A stretch of 64,000 nt of DNA from a virus (Duplodnaviria; Caudoviricetes), in IMG/VR virus record IMGVR_UViG_3300031993_000015. One strand, given 5' to 3'. Below, piece after piece: positions 1 through 10,319 of this stretch. Positions within the stretch are counted from its first letter, which is position 1; each line of letters starts with the position of its first letter. A program made the position numbers and the translations under genes. Under the pieces are notes generated by a model. That model made no database searches and was not told the origin of the DNA. It saw only the letters and a list, made by a program, of their open reading frames with translations.

Positions 1-1
1 C

Positions 2-199
2 GACAGTTTCACACCATGGGCAAAGCGCCGGTCTGACTCTCGTGATAAATTATATCAGGAGCAAGGTTGGACCAAGATCACACGAGAGGAGCTGTTAGAT
101 GATCTCAGAACAAAGCCTGGCGACGAACCTGACAACGCTGCTGGGCTCGTCGAAGCCAGGGAAACTGGATGTAGCGGCGCTGGCGCAGAGGCTGAATGA
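2..199 (+). CDS. C-terminal end (5'-truncated) of a probable SF2/UvsW-like helicase
   Basis: Frame 2 reads DSFTPWAKRRSDSRDKLYQEQGW, resembling the 'D....RRS..R.K.Y...GW' tail of phage SF2 helicases; stop TGA 197-199. Confidence 0.45.
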   Translation, partial: DSFTPWAKRRSDSRDKLYQEQGWTKITREELLDDLRTKPGDEPDNAAGLVEARETGCSGAGAEAE

Positions 200-626
200 C
201 GCTGCGGAAAGCCACGACATAGAGCTGTCGTCCTACGGATACATCATGCACGTCGTTGAGAAATACGGCATGCAGGGTGTGTATCGCGGGATGTTGGGCA
301 CCAAGGAGTCCATTGACAGCTATGTGAACGAGGCGAACAACTTCCGCAGTTCCATGATGGGTCTCATCGTAAACGCCAGCAACTACGCCAAGAGCGTGTT
401 CTCGAACGTCACCGACCCGGACCTCTGTATGAAGCGCCTGGAGGAGATGTCCTATCCGTATGTCCTGTATGTGCTGTTCTGCGGCCTTGGACAGACGGTA
501 CAGGCAGAGCCTTACAAGCTGGCTGCAGAGGAACACTTCCGGCGGTACCCGGCCACGGCTTCACAGCTTCCTGACAAGTTCAAAAATGTAGCAGAGGAGT
601 TTCTGACGCATGAAAGTGCTGAATAA
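99..626 (+). CDS. hypothetical protein, 175 aa
   Basis: GAGGAG RBS upstream; overlaps start of the helicase gene. Confidence 0.75.
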   Translation: MISEQSLATNLTTLLGSSKPGKLDVAALAQRLNDAAESHDIELSSYGYIMHVVEKYGMQGVYRGMLGTKESIDSYVNEANNFRSSMMGLIVNASNYAKSVFSNVTDPDLCMKRLEEMSYPYVLYVLFCGLGQTVQAEPYKLAAEEHFRRYPATASQLPDKFKNVAEEFLTHESAE

Positions 627-2079
627 ACAGGAGCTCACCCTGCTCGCAATCCTGTCGCATCCGCAGATCGCGAGGAATGCACTGAAGATGACGGTTGACC
701 ACATCAACCTGTTCTCCAAGATACAGTCCCCGCATGTCCACATGATGTGGAAGAGTTATCTGCAGCTGCGCCAGAAGAACAAGGGCAAGAAGCTGAGCAA
801 AGCCGTTTTGAAGACGGAGTTGTCAGAGTGCATACAGGCTGACCAGGACATGCCGCCTGAGCTGATCGAGCGGTGTGACTACATCCTGGACAAGTTTGGC
901 AAGGGCGAGGACATTCCGACAGTCGAAGACAGTACCGATCTGTTGCAGACTATGGTTCGGGGCGACTTGAACCGCAAGATGTCCAGACTCATCAGCGACG
1001 ACGCCGCCATCTCTGAGATGAGCAAAGCTGTCAGCAGTGCCTCCGGCGCCATTTCCGAATTGGATAACGAGAACACCGAGGACAACCGGTATGTGTTCAA
1101 TCCGTTCAAGGAGATGGACAAGCTGGCGACTCATACAGTCCGGCTCCCGACAGGGATCAACTGGATGGACGAGATCACCAGTGGCGGAGGACGCGGCGGC
1201 GAGATGTGGCTCGTACTCGGTGCGCCATCAGGTGGCAAGACAGCCATCAGTGTTCAGTACGCCTGTGCTCAGGCTCTTATGGGATATACGACGGTGTGGG
1301 CAACCTACGAGCAGTCGCTGGAAGGCGACATCGCAGAACGCATCATTTCGTATGTCACAGACGAGAGCCTGGACAAGATCCGTGACGTAGGCTTCAACAA
1401 TCTGCCGGAGGACATCCAGCGCAAATTCTGGGCATCTGTTGCAGGTGCCGACGACAAGCTGGTCGTTCTCGACATGACAAGGCTGAAAGGTGTTCAGGAA
1501 GAGGATCCGCAGGACTATGGCGGAATCTGGAGCATCTGGAAGCAGGTCAAGAAGCTGAAAGCGGAAGGCAAGCAGGTACGCACCATACTGGTTGACTGGG
1601 TGGGCGCCATGATGCAGCGCATCTCGGCAAATGGCCACAAGGACATCGCGACGAACTTCCGATTCAACACAGAACATGAGTTCATGATCGCCAAGGAGAT
1701 GGTCAAGCGTGAGAACGTGCAGATTATCTTCTTCCACCAGGTCGATTCCAAGACTGCGGCGGCGAAACCCACGTTCTGTCCCGGCATGACCTGTGCCAAG
1801 GATATGCATGACATGTCCAACTACATGGATATCGTCATCACAATCGGGCGCAGGGACAAGAACAACATCTGCTACATCAGTGCGGCCAAATCCCGCAAAG
1901 GTGCAGCAATCACAAGAACCATTCAACTGATAGGAGAGAAGGCTCGGTTCATTACAGCCAATGGCTGGATTCCGGACCGTGATGGAAACTTCTACAAACC
2001 AAGCGAAGACTATATGCCAGACGATCCCGATGACGCCAGATCTGACGTAAATATGGCGTACAGCAGGGAGATAGACTAA
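610..2079 (+). CDS. DnaB-like (SF4) replicative DNA helicase
   Basis: PTGINWMDEITSGG, Walker A GAPSGGKT, TYE catalytic Glu, Walker B ILVDW, FHQ, KSR arginine finger. Confidence 0.85.
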   Translation: MKVLNKQELTLLAILSHPQIARNALKMTVDHINLFSKIQSPHVHMMWKSYLQLRQKNKGKKLSKAVLKTELSECIQADQDMPPELIERCDYILDKFGKGEDIPTVEDSTDLLQTMVRGDLNRKMSRLISDDAAISEMSKAVSSASGAISELDNENTEDNRYVFNPFKEMDKLATHTVRLPTGINWMDEITSGGGRGGEMWLVLGAPSGGKTAISVQYACAQALMGYTTVWATYEQSLEGDIAERIISYVTDESLDKIRDVGFNNLPEDIQRKFWASVAGADDKLVVLDMTRLKGVQEEDPQDYGGIWSIWKQVKKLKAEGKQVRTILVDWVGAMMQRISANGHKDIATNFRFNTEHEFMIAKEMVKRENVQIIFFHQVDSKTAAAKPTFCPGMTCAKDMHDMSNYMDIVITIGRRDKNNICYISAAKSRKGAAITRTIQLIGEKARFITANGWIPDRDGNFYKPSEDYMPDDPDDARSDVNMAYSREID

Positions 2080-2108
2080 ATTTTCTTTGAAATTTCTTGA
2101 AAAAGCAT

Positions 2109-2136
2109 TTGACTTTCATCAGATATGTGCTACATT
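2109..2136 (+). promoter_or_regulatory. sigma70-like promoter (TTGACT-16-TACATT, with TG extended -10)
   Basis: Consensus-like hexamers in the AT-rich gap after the helicase. Confidence 0.5.
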
Positions 2137-2196
2137 GTGTAGTAGATGAGCATAGCATGCTCATCGTGAACTCAAAAGCCCAACCGGAGAAGGCAA

Positions 2197-2598
2197 ATGC
2201 AACGATCAGTTTTCAAAGAGTTATGCGTCTGCATCAGACAGGCGTGGACTCCGAAGGATGGCGTAATACTACGGCTCCTTCGAGGGTCTGAGCACGAGAA
2301 GGAACTGCTTTTGTGCGTCGGCGGCCACAGGAACCCGGCCATCTGTGCCAGGTACTGCGTGGTCTGGGACGGAGACGACAAAGTGTATGACGGCGAAATC
2401 ATGAGCGACAAGCTCCAGCATCTGCTGACAAAGAGCAACATCTGCTTCGTCGAAATCACCAATGCCCGTCTCATGGAGCACAACCGCCACGGCGTGTACA
2501 AGTGCCTGAAGACAGCTGAAGGCTGCACAAGGCAGTGCATGCTGCACAAAGCAGCGCGTCTCGAAGTCAGTCAAGGTCTGGCAGTGGCCATAGCTTAA
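2197..2598 (+). CDS. hypothetical protein, Cys-rich C-terminus (start uncertain)
   Basis: ORF fills the gap between helicase and primase. Confidence 0.6.
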   Translation: MQRSVFKELCVCIRQAWTPKDGVILRLLRGSEHEKELLLCVGGHRNPAICARYCVVWDGDDKVYDGEIMSDKLQHLLTKSNICFVEITNARLMEHNRHGVYKCLKTAEGCTRQCMLHKAARLEVSQGLAVAIA

Positions 2599-2632
2599 TG
2601 GTTTGCAGAAGTTCCTCCTTCGAGGAACATGT

Positions 2633-3766
2633 ATGCTTAACCAAGTGCTGTATGATGCCCTGGCCAAGCTGTTCAACGACGACATCGTTGTCGTGAATGA
2701 GGGCCAGCAGGCGGAACTGCGCATAGACCGCAACCATATCGGACGCTGGGATATTGACCAGCACAGCGATCATGGCGAGCAATACGCGGTCAACTGCCCG
2801 TTCTGCAGGAATCCGCAGGACACGAACCATCACCTGTATATCAGCTACCTGTCCTTTGCAACTCCGGTCGTGGATGGGGTGCGCCTGCAAATAGGCAAAC
2901 TGCGGGCTCAGTGTTTCAGAAACGGTTGTCTCAAAGACCTGGACAATCGCAATACGCTGAGCCGCAAGATAGGTCTCACGATGTCGCTCATGACACCAGA
3001 CGGGAACGCATGGGCGGACATCGACCCGACGGTACATAAGGAACCCGAAGAGCAACTGCAGGTGTCCAGAAATGTGACACTGGAAGGCGTGCGCTCTTGG
3101 GTTCCGGACTACCAGCCGGTCACGGAGGACTGTCAGGACGTTGATGTCCTGCAATACCTTGACAGCAGAAGAATCACACTGGACGACGTGGAGTGGCTCC
3201 ACATAGGATATGGTCCGGTGCTGTCGCCAATCAAGAAGAGATATCTGAACAACGGAACACCATGGATTCTGTTCCCCGTCATCAACAACGGGGTGCTGGT
3301 CGGCGTGCAAGCAAGGTGTCTTCCACAGTATCTCGACGAGCGCGGCATCAAGTACTGGACTCATCCGGCATGCAGGAAACGCACAGTGCTCTACAACCTG
3401 GATGCAGCCAGGGATACGGGACTTGCGGTTGTCTGTGAAGGAGTCTTCGACGTCGCATCAGTTGGTAAGCCGGGCGTGTGTCTGTTCGGGCATACGCCGT
3501 CCAAAGTGCAGATGACGATGCTGTCAACGTTCAGGCAGGGCGTGGTGTGGCTTCCGGACAACGATCTCGATTGTGTCAAGGAAGCGAAGGTCTACGCTGA
3601 CCGGCTGAACCTTTCCGGTGCGCTTCCTCTTGGAGCGCATGTTGTAACCCTTCCGGCAAAGGACGCCGGCGAGATGCCGCGTGCCGATGTCTGGAAATGC
3701 ATTCTAAACCAGGTGCCGCAGGCGATGGCAGAATATATTGTCGCGTCTGTGATACCGCAACTGTGA
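2633..3766 (+). CDS. DNA primase (Zn finger + TOPRIM)
   Basis: CPFC..H zinc-binding motif, VVCEGVFD and PDND TOPRIM motifs, KDAGE; GAGGA RBS before ATG 2633. Confidence 0.85.
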   Translation: MLNQVLYDALAKLFNDDIVVVNEGQQAELRIDRNHIGRWDIDQHSDHGEQYAVNCPFCRNPQDTNHHLYISYLSFATPVVDGVRLQIGKLRAQCFRNGCLKDLDNRNTLSRKIGLTMSLMTPDGNAWADIDPTVHKEPEEQLQVSRNVTLEGVRSWVPDYQPVTEDCQDVDVLQYLDSRRITLDDVEWLHIGYGPVLSPIKKRYLNNGTPWILFPVINNGVLVGVQARCLPQYLDERGIKYWTHPACRKRTVLYNLDAARDTGLAVVCEGVFDVASVGKPGVCLFGHTPSKVQMTMLSTFRQGVVWLPDNDLDCVKEAKVYADRLNLSGALPLGAHVVTLPAKDAGEMPRADVWKCILNQVPQAMAEYIVASVIPQL

Positions 3767-5680
3767 GTGATTATGCAATTACTCGGAAAGACGACTGTAA
3801 AACTTCCCTGCTACAACGGGGAAGTGTCGGTACGGCTTTGGGAGAAAGGCGATCCTTTTCCGACGCTGAGTAAGTCTGTAGGTATTGACACTGAGACTGA
3901 GCTCATTACGGATGAGGTGAAGGATCCGCCCATTGTCGTGTATGGTCTGTTCGACCCCGACAGTGCCACGTGCTGGATTGCTTACTGGGATGAGTTTCTT
4001 GAGCTTGCCCAGTATGTGAGCAGATCCGAGACACGTCAGATCTACTTCAACGTCGGCTTTGACGAGCTGGTAATCGACAACGAAGATGAAAACGCTACGC
4101 TGATGGATGCCGTTGAGGAGGGACGTGTACGGGATATGCAGATCCGGTACCATCTCTATCTGCTGGCAACCAGAGGCGATATTCCTGAACACGGGTTCAG
4201 CAAACTGGCGGACATCGTAAAGCGCAAGCTGAAGATCGAGCTGGACAAAGGCGAGAAGGACGACCCGAACTCGCACCGGCTCACATTCCGCAGGTTCAAT
4301 GATGACGGTTCCAAGTACAGGATGACGGACAAGCAGGCCGTATACCTGGCATGGGACTGTATCTCGACCTGGGCGTTGTCCCAAGTGATACCTGAGCAGC
4401 CGACAGAGGTGCAGCACACCAAAGGCATGTGTGTTCTTGCACATATCAGCCGTAACGGCTTTCAGGTGGACCCTGTAATATTCGACGCGCTGGAGAAGCA
4501 GCTGCTGGAGGGCATGGAAGTGTCGCGTGAGCGGCTCATGTCGTTCGGCTATCCTGATCCGGAGAAGCGTAATGACGATACAACACCACAGAAACAACTG
4601 TTCCTGTCCAGTCTGAAGAAATTCTGCGAGCTGACGAACCAGTCTGATATATCAGAGAATCCTGCTGTGACGAAGGATCGCATGCGGTTCCTGTTGACCT
4701 ACAGTCTCAACTACGCATATTCCGTGGTAGATGACAGTTTGAGCACACTTGTTGAAACAGTTCACTTTGCGCTGGATGGTGGGCTGCCGGATAAGGCAAT
4801 CAAGTTGTCAAAGCCTGTGAAGGATGCGTGGCTGAATGAGGTGCTGGAGCCGTATGATCTGTATGCGTTCGACTCGAACAAGAGCAAGATCGTTCCTGTA
4901 GCCTTCCTTGGAGCATTCCTGGAAGACATGGTCAGACAGCTGCAGGATACGGAAGAGTGGAACAGCAAAGGGTTCAACTACACGGCAGCGATGAGTCATG
5001 CCGTGGATTACATGGACGATCATCCGTGGCTGCTGGAGGACAAGAAAGGCCGTGTAGGCCCGAAGAAGTTCTTCCAGGACCATGTTCAGAAGATCCTGGA
5101 CAAGTATCCGGCGCTGGAACTGGATACGACAAAGTCCGGTCAGATCAAGCTGGCAAAGGATGACATGTGGCGACTGGATGACTTGCATATCAAGGATGAC
5201 TTCCTTGTGGCCTATGCCGATTACAACCACTTGCGAAAGCTGCGGAGCACGTATGTGAACCGTGAGTATGTCAAGAAGGACGGCAGGGTACATCCATATC
5301 TGAAGAATCTGGTCAGAACAGGCAGAACTGCGGCAAGTTCGCCGAACGTTCAAAACTATCCGAGCCGAGACAAGGTGTGGCACCTCAAGAACATGTTCAA
5401 GCCATACGATGGGATGATACTGTGTGCAACAGATTTCTCGTTCGTAGAGCTTTGCGGTTTTGCACAGGCGTGTTACAGCCGGTTCGGTTTCTCTGTCATG
5501 CGCGATATTATCAATGCAGGCATCGACCCGCATAGGTGGTTCGCAGCGGTGATGGAAAAGAAGATCACAACAGATCTGAAAAACAAGAATGACCCTGAAT
5601 GGGTTGCCCAGCTGAATAAGCATCTGAAGGAGATTATTGACGACAAAGCGAGATTCAAGGCCAAGGCCGCGAACTTCGGT
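3767..5680 (+). CDS. polA: family A DNA polymerase, exon 1 (3'-5' exonuclease through first half of motif B)
   Basis: ExoI DTET, ExoII FNVGFD, ExoIII YLAWD, RTGRTAASSPNVQN, motif A DFSFVEL, DPH, motif B KAKAANFG cut at the intron. Confidence 0.92.
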
Positions 5681-6879
5681 TAAATGGCGTTATGTACTCT
5701 AAGTCTTTTTACGTGTATAGTATGTCAGAACAATCAACTAAGGAGGTACAACATGGCTATATACACGTGTGTCATTTGTGGTAAGCAGTTTGAAGCCACA
5801 CAGCGTGCCAAGTACTGCACGCAGGCTTGCAAAGCATATGCTCAGAACCACAAAAGGATCAAAGTTCAGTGTATTGTTTGTGGTAAGATTGTGGAGACAA
5901 CAAAGCAGCATCCTGCTAAGTTTTGTTCGCCACTATGCCATCAGAAAGCAGTCACTGATGTTACAACAAACCCAGATAGTCCGTACGTTGGTATCGTAGC
6001 GCCGAGGAAGGCACCTGCGGTTGTTCAGCGTGTTTGTATTGATTGTGGCTGTACGTTTGATACGAAGGGGCATAGTGTGGTAAACAGGCGTTGTCCAGAC
6101 TGTGCACATGAGTATAAACGTTTATGGGGTCTCGATGCTAAAGGCTTAAAAACAGAACTTGCATCACGTAAGCATAAACCATCTGAAATAATGGAGGTTG
6201 TTGATGCTTACTTTGATAAGCAGGGTATAGAGGTTGAGACACCAGAACCACAGTTGGCTAAAAGTGAAGCGCAGACTTACAAGGAGCCGAATCAAACACG
6301 TGAAGAGTACAATGCAAAGAGGCGTGCCACAAGAGCTAAAAAGAAAGCTCTTGGGTTGCTCGCTGCTGAGGACCACGATAGGACGGGTTATAGGAAAAAG
6401 ACTATAGAGGCAAAAGGTGCTGTATGTTCTTGTTGCGGTTATTCTGCTTTCGAAGACGCTATACAGGTTCATCATTTGGATCTGGACAGGGAAAACAATG
6501 ATATGAGTAATCTTGTTGTACTGTGTGCAAACTGCCACGTGATATTACACAAGAGAATCAAAAGAAAGTTTTCCTTGTGGCAAGATAAGAAAGCAGGATG
6601 CCTGAACGAGTACTACAGTTGGCAAGCCGAAGTAAAAAGACGGAATGAAGCGGGAAAACCCGACAGGGCAACCCGAACCGAAGGCTGTGAGGAATCACAG
6701 TCAGGGGCAACGCATAGTGGTACGTCCAGAACGGATATGAACCACCAAGAGGCCGTCTCAGGACAATCGAATCCTGTCATACAGACAGATTTCGAGTTCT
6801 GAAAAGATATGCTGAGCAGCACGTATGGAAAGAAAGGTGCTGAAGTCGTGGATAAAAAGCCGCGACGATAACAAAATTG
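5681..6879 (+). mobile_element. group I self-splicing intron in polA
   Basis: 5' exon ends in U (5680) and intron ends in G (6879); IGS GCCGAAGT 6626-6633 pairs with exon ACTTCGGT giving a U.G pair; P10 GGCAA 6621-6625 pairs with TTGCC 6880-6884; P3 AGACGG/CCGTCT; P7 GCATA/TATGC; splicing restores NFG-LPGGM in frame. Confidence 0.92.
5753..6802 (+). CDS. intron-encoded HNH homing endonuclease with N-terminal Cys-rich zinc-finger repeats
   Basis: CSCCG..VHHLD..N..N..LCANCH HNH motif; repeated CxxCGK.F...K(Y/F)CxxxC; AAGGAGG RBS; more AT-rich than flanks. Confidence 0.88.
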   Translation: MAIYTCVICGKQFEATQRAKYCTQACKAYAQNHKRIKVQCIVCGKIVETTKQHPAKFCSPLCHQKAVTDVTTNPDSPYVGIVAPRKAPAVVQRVCIDCGCTFDTKGHSVVNRRCPDCAHEYKRLWGLDAKGLKTELASRKHKPSEIMEVVDAYFDKQGIEVETPEPQLAKSEAQTYKEPNQTREEYNAKRRATRAKKKALGLLAAEDHDRTGYRKKTIEAKGAVCSCCGYSAFEDAIQVHHLDLDRENNDMSNLVVLCANCHVILHKRIKRKFSLWQDKKAGCLNEYYSWQAEVKRRNEAGKPDRATRTEGCEESQSGATHSGTSRTDMNHQEAVSGQSNPVIQTDFEF

Positions 6880-7542
6880 TTGCCTGGTGGGATGCGCCCA
6901 AAACGCTTCTATAGGCATTGTCGTAGTATGGGAATCATAATCACCATGCAGGATGCTGAAGAGATGTGCGACGCCTGGACAAATACGTTCAAGGAGATGA
7001 AACTGCACATGAAGCCTGAAAAAGCCTCGTACATCCCAAAGGTGAACGAGGATATGTTCGGGTATCGTGAAGAGGATCCAGATGATCTGGAGGACGACAT
7101 CCCCATTGAGGAAGATACCGGCAAGGACGATGCTTTTGCATATCGTGCTGTTCTTCCATGCGGTCAAATCCGAAATCGCTGCTCATACAATGCAGCATGC
7201 AACGTAATGTTCCAAGGAACAGTGGCTATCGGTGCCAAGCTGGCAGGCTGGGAACTGCTGACTCACGGCTACGGAGAGAGGCTCTGTAATTTTGTACACG
7301 ATGAATATCTCTATTGCTTATATCCCAATGAGTTACAAACTCATATTCCTATTATTGAGCGTCTCATGCTGAAAGGCATCAGGAAAATCATTCCTGACGT
7401 TAAAGTAGGTGTAGAGACTACTTGTATGCTCCATTGGGAGAAAGAGTCGGCCGAGTTTACAAAACTCAAATGGAATGACGACGGCACTCCGATTCTGGAG
7501 GAGCCGCCGTACGTACAGAACATATTACAACACAAGGAGTAA
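6880..7542 (+). CDS. polA: family A DNA polymerase, exon 2
   Basis: LPGGM continues motif B; ACNVMFQG; motif C FVHDE. Confidence 0.92.
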   Translation: MPGGMRPKRFYRHCRSMGIIITMQDAEEMCDAWTNTFKEMKLHMKPEKASYIPKVNEDMFGYREEDPDDLEDDIPIEEDTGKDDAFAYRAVLPCGQIRNRCSYNAACNVMFQGTVAIGAKLAGWELLTHGYGERLCNFVHDEYLYCLYPNELQTHIPIIERLMLKGIRKIIPDVKVGVETTCMLHWEKESAEFTKLKWNDDGTPILEEPPYVQNILQHKE

Positions 7543-7548
7543 CGCATC

Positions 7549-8970
7549 ATGGCGTACATGGCAGCACGCAGTGCTTCCGGTCAAGGGCGCTCCAAGCGCC
7601 TTTCTTACGTGAAACCAGAGTATCTCAAGGGCCACATGTTCCCTGGCCTTGACTGGCAGACCAGCGGGTATCTGTCCGGTGTGCTCTGGAACACCAAGAA
7701 CCACATCATCAGGATCATCCCTGGCTATGACCCTGAGACCCGTGAGGTCTTCCGTCAGAACATCAATGTGACGGACTACAGCCAGGAAGAGAACCCGATC
7801 AAGTATATCTCCGACACCTTCATGGTTGCTGACACGGTCCAGTCGTTCGGCACTTCCAAGAGCAACTTTGTCGTGAGTTATGCGCCGGGCTCCCAGGACG
7901 ACATCACCTACGGCGGCGATACGATGATCTCCGTGTTTGCCCGCAACGTGTTCCGCAGTGTGAATCCGCTGAAGTCCAAGAAGCCCAGGTTCGGCGTTAC
8001 CAACGAGATGCGCTCCTGGGTTGCGCTCCGTGACGGTACCCTCCCGATGCCCAAGCAGGCTCTGCTTGTCCAGGCACTCCTGTTCCAGTGGCAGGGACGG
8101 CCGATGTGTGACCAGGACGGCAATCCTCTGACGTCGGAAGACGGCCAGATGGTTCCCAAGATCGGTGTCGTGTCCTTCGAGGGACGTTCCACGCTGCAGG
8201 CTATTCTGCGGGCGCTGACGGAACCCAAGGATCCCGGCGAACCCCTCGACGCCATCAAGAACAACAAGTATGGTGGTCTGGCCGAACTGCAGGGCAACCT
8301 GCTGTATCTGCACCACATTACCCGTGAGGATGGCGGAAAGAAGATCAACCTGCTGAACCCGTCTGTCCAGGCCGGCACCAAGGGCTGGACGCCGGAGCCG
8401 CTGAATCTTTCCAAGGAGAACGTCTACAACTGGTGGACTCCCTGGCAGGACCTCATCAGCTATATGAGCGCGGAAGAGCAGGCAATGCTGCTGGCGTCCG
8501 AGTTCGGAGCCGACTCTGTGAATTATCTCGTGGGTACGGATCCCATCTACCAGGGATTTCAGATGCCGGACGAGATTGCGCAGGCTGGTTACGGCCGCTA
8601 TGCGAGATTCACGGATGGTGTTACGGAAGTGCGTCAGCGCGGTTCCATCAATGTTCCTGCCAACGGCTTCGCAGCCCCTGTGCAGAACAAGCCGGAAACG
8701 CCTCTCGCAGCCGCTTTCGCGGGACCCAAGGCTCCGACCGCTCCGAGAGCCCCGATGACTCCTTCCCAGGCCCTGGGAAAGCCTGTGGGTGCCGGCGCGA
8801 CGATTCCGAAGAACTCCGGTGTTCCGATGAATGACTTCAACAAGGCGCTCAGCCAGATCAAGAGTGTTGCCAAGCCTGCGGCGCAGGAAGAGGACGACAT
8901 GGCGAACATGGCGAGTGACGTCGCCGATGAGGATCAGTACTCGGACGGCGAAGACGAACAGTCTTTCTGA
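7549..8970 (+). CDS. probable ssDNA-binding/recombination-mediator protein
   Basis: Lies between pol and the RecA-like gene; Pro/Ala linker and acidic tail ending in Phe (DGEDEQSF); strong codon bias. Confidence 0.45.
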   Translation: MAYMAARSASGQGRSKRLSYVKPEYLKGHMFPGLDWQTSGYLSGVLWNTKNHIIRIIPGYDPETREVFRQNINVTDYSQEENPIKYISDTFMVADTVQSFGTSKSNFVVSYAPGSQDDITYGGDTMISVFARNVFRSVNPLKSKKPRFGVTNEMRSWVALRDGTLPMPKQALLVQALLFQWQGRPMCDQDGNPLTSEDGQMVPKIGVVSFEGRSTLQAILRALTEPKDPGEPLDAIKNNKYGGLAELQGNLLYLHHITREDGGKKINLLNPSVQAGTKGWTPEPLNLSKENVYNWWTPWQDLISYMSAEEQAMLLASEFGADSVNYLVGTDPIYQGFQMPDEIAQAGYGRYARFTDGVTEVRQRGSINVPANGFAAPVQNKPETPLAAAFAGPKAPTAPRAPMTPSQALGKPVGAGATIPKNSGVPMNDFNKALSQIKSVAKPAAQEEDDMANMASDVADEDQYSDGEDEQSF

Positions 8971-8978
8971 GGTGACAT

Positions 8979-10319
8979 ATGGCAAACAGAAACACAAGTC
9001 TGATAAGCGGCATGCGGGCCGCGCTGTCCAAGCCGGACGGCACGGGCGTGGTCGCGACAGCGGAGGAACTGAAACAGAATCAGTTCGGCTTCCCGCTGAG
9101 GCATTACGCCCAGCAGTATCTGTTCGGCGCCACCGGTCTCCGCATCCAGGTCTTCAACTCTATCGCCGGCAAGGAAGCGACATGCAAGAGCCCGTTCGTG
9201 TTCGACCTGATGGGTCACATCACGGCAGGCGAAGAGAATCACGGCCTCTGCGGCATGGCGTTTCTGCTGGAAACAGAGGGCAAGATCTCGGCGTCGCTGT
9301 ACAGCTCGGTCATCAAGTCCTACGGGGAAGATGCGTACGATGCCTCGTTCGTGATCCGGGATAAGCATGACAAGCCGCTCTCTATCGAGGAAGCGTTTGA
9401 AGTGCTGAACACGGACATCATCAAGAAGTATCGTGAAATCGCTCCGAACAACGATGTGCCGATCTTTGTCGGAATTGACTCAATCGGCGGTGCCGCGACT
9501 GGCGAGCTTGTTAAGAAGCAGGAGACCGACGGGTATGTCGGCAAGCACTTCGGTGAGAAGTCAGTCTTTATGAAGAACTTCTGCGAGAACTTCGGCAAGT
9601 ATATCGGCGACATTCCGATGGTGGTCTTCATGGTCAACCAGGAAAAGGATTCGCTGGTACAGAACCAGTACGGACCTCCGCAGACACACATTACAGGCGG
9701 GTCTTCCCAGATGTTCAAGGACGGGCACATGATCCGCTCGTCCCAGAAGACGCTCGCCAGCGGCGACGGCAAAATCATCACGCTGCGAACGACCAAGACG
9801 TCGTTCTGCGACCCGCGTAAGATCGAGGTTGCTTTCCGCTGGAACAAGTTCGGCAAATCCCAGGATGATTATTACGGTCATTATTGGGACTGGGCGCTGG
9901 CATCTGCCAAGTGTCTGGCCGAGCCTGAGAAAGGCGTCGGAGAGATCCGCGATATCTGCGATGTCAAGGTCTCTGAGAAGAACCTTGTAACCAGTGAGAA
10001 GCTGGGGCTTCGCTCGGTAACGCCGCAGGAGTTTGAGGAAGCGCTCTTCGATCCGTCGAATGCAGCCATTCTCGATGCGCTCTATGTGTATCAGAAGATC
10101 GACCGGCTGAAAGGCATGGACGAGTATGTCGATTACATCAAGAAGCGCAAAGCGGCGGTCAAGGCGGAGGAAAAGAAGACGGAACCGAAAGTGACTGTCT
10201 CCAAGCCCGCCAAGGCTAAAAAGAAGACCGTGGTCAAGAACCCGATTCCAGTCGTGACGGCAAAGCCGGTCAGCCTCGCCGATGCGATGGAAGACATGGG
10301 AGATCCCGATGCCGAATAA
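8979..10319 (+). CDS. RecA/UvsX-like recombinase ATPase
   Basis: Walker A-like GKEATCKS, LETEG, Walker B VGIDS, MVNQ, TGG motif. Confidence 0.75.
   Translation: MANRNTSLISGMRAALSKPDGTGVVATAEELKQNQFGFPLRHYAQQYLFGATGLRIQVFNSIAGKEATCKSPFVFDLMGHITAGEENHGLCGMAFLLETEGKISASLYSSVIKSYGEDAYDASFVIRDKHDKPLSIEEAFEVLNTDIIKKYREIAPNNDVPIFVGIDSIGGAATGELVKKQETDGYVGKHFGEKSVFMKNFCENFGKYIGDIPMVVFMVNQEKDSLVQNQYGPPQTHITGGSSQMFKDGHMIRSSQKTLASGDGKIITLRTTKTSFCDPRKIEVAFRWNKFGKSQDDYYGHYWDWALASAKCLAEPEKGVGEIRDICDVKVSEKNLVTSEKLGLRSVTPQEFEEALFDPSNAAILDALYVYQKIDRLKGMDEYVDYIKKRKAAVKAEEKKTEPKVTVSKPAKAKKKTVVKNPIPVVTAKPVSLADAMEDMGDPDAE

Noticed and set aside
5681-5683. TAA in polA as stop-codon recoding, an intein or a pseudogene
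   Set aside because: Intron pairings and exact in-frame restoration explain it; TAA, TAG and TGA all act as normal stops elsewhere
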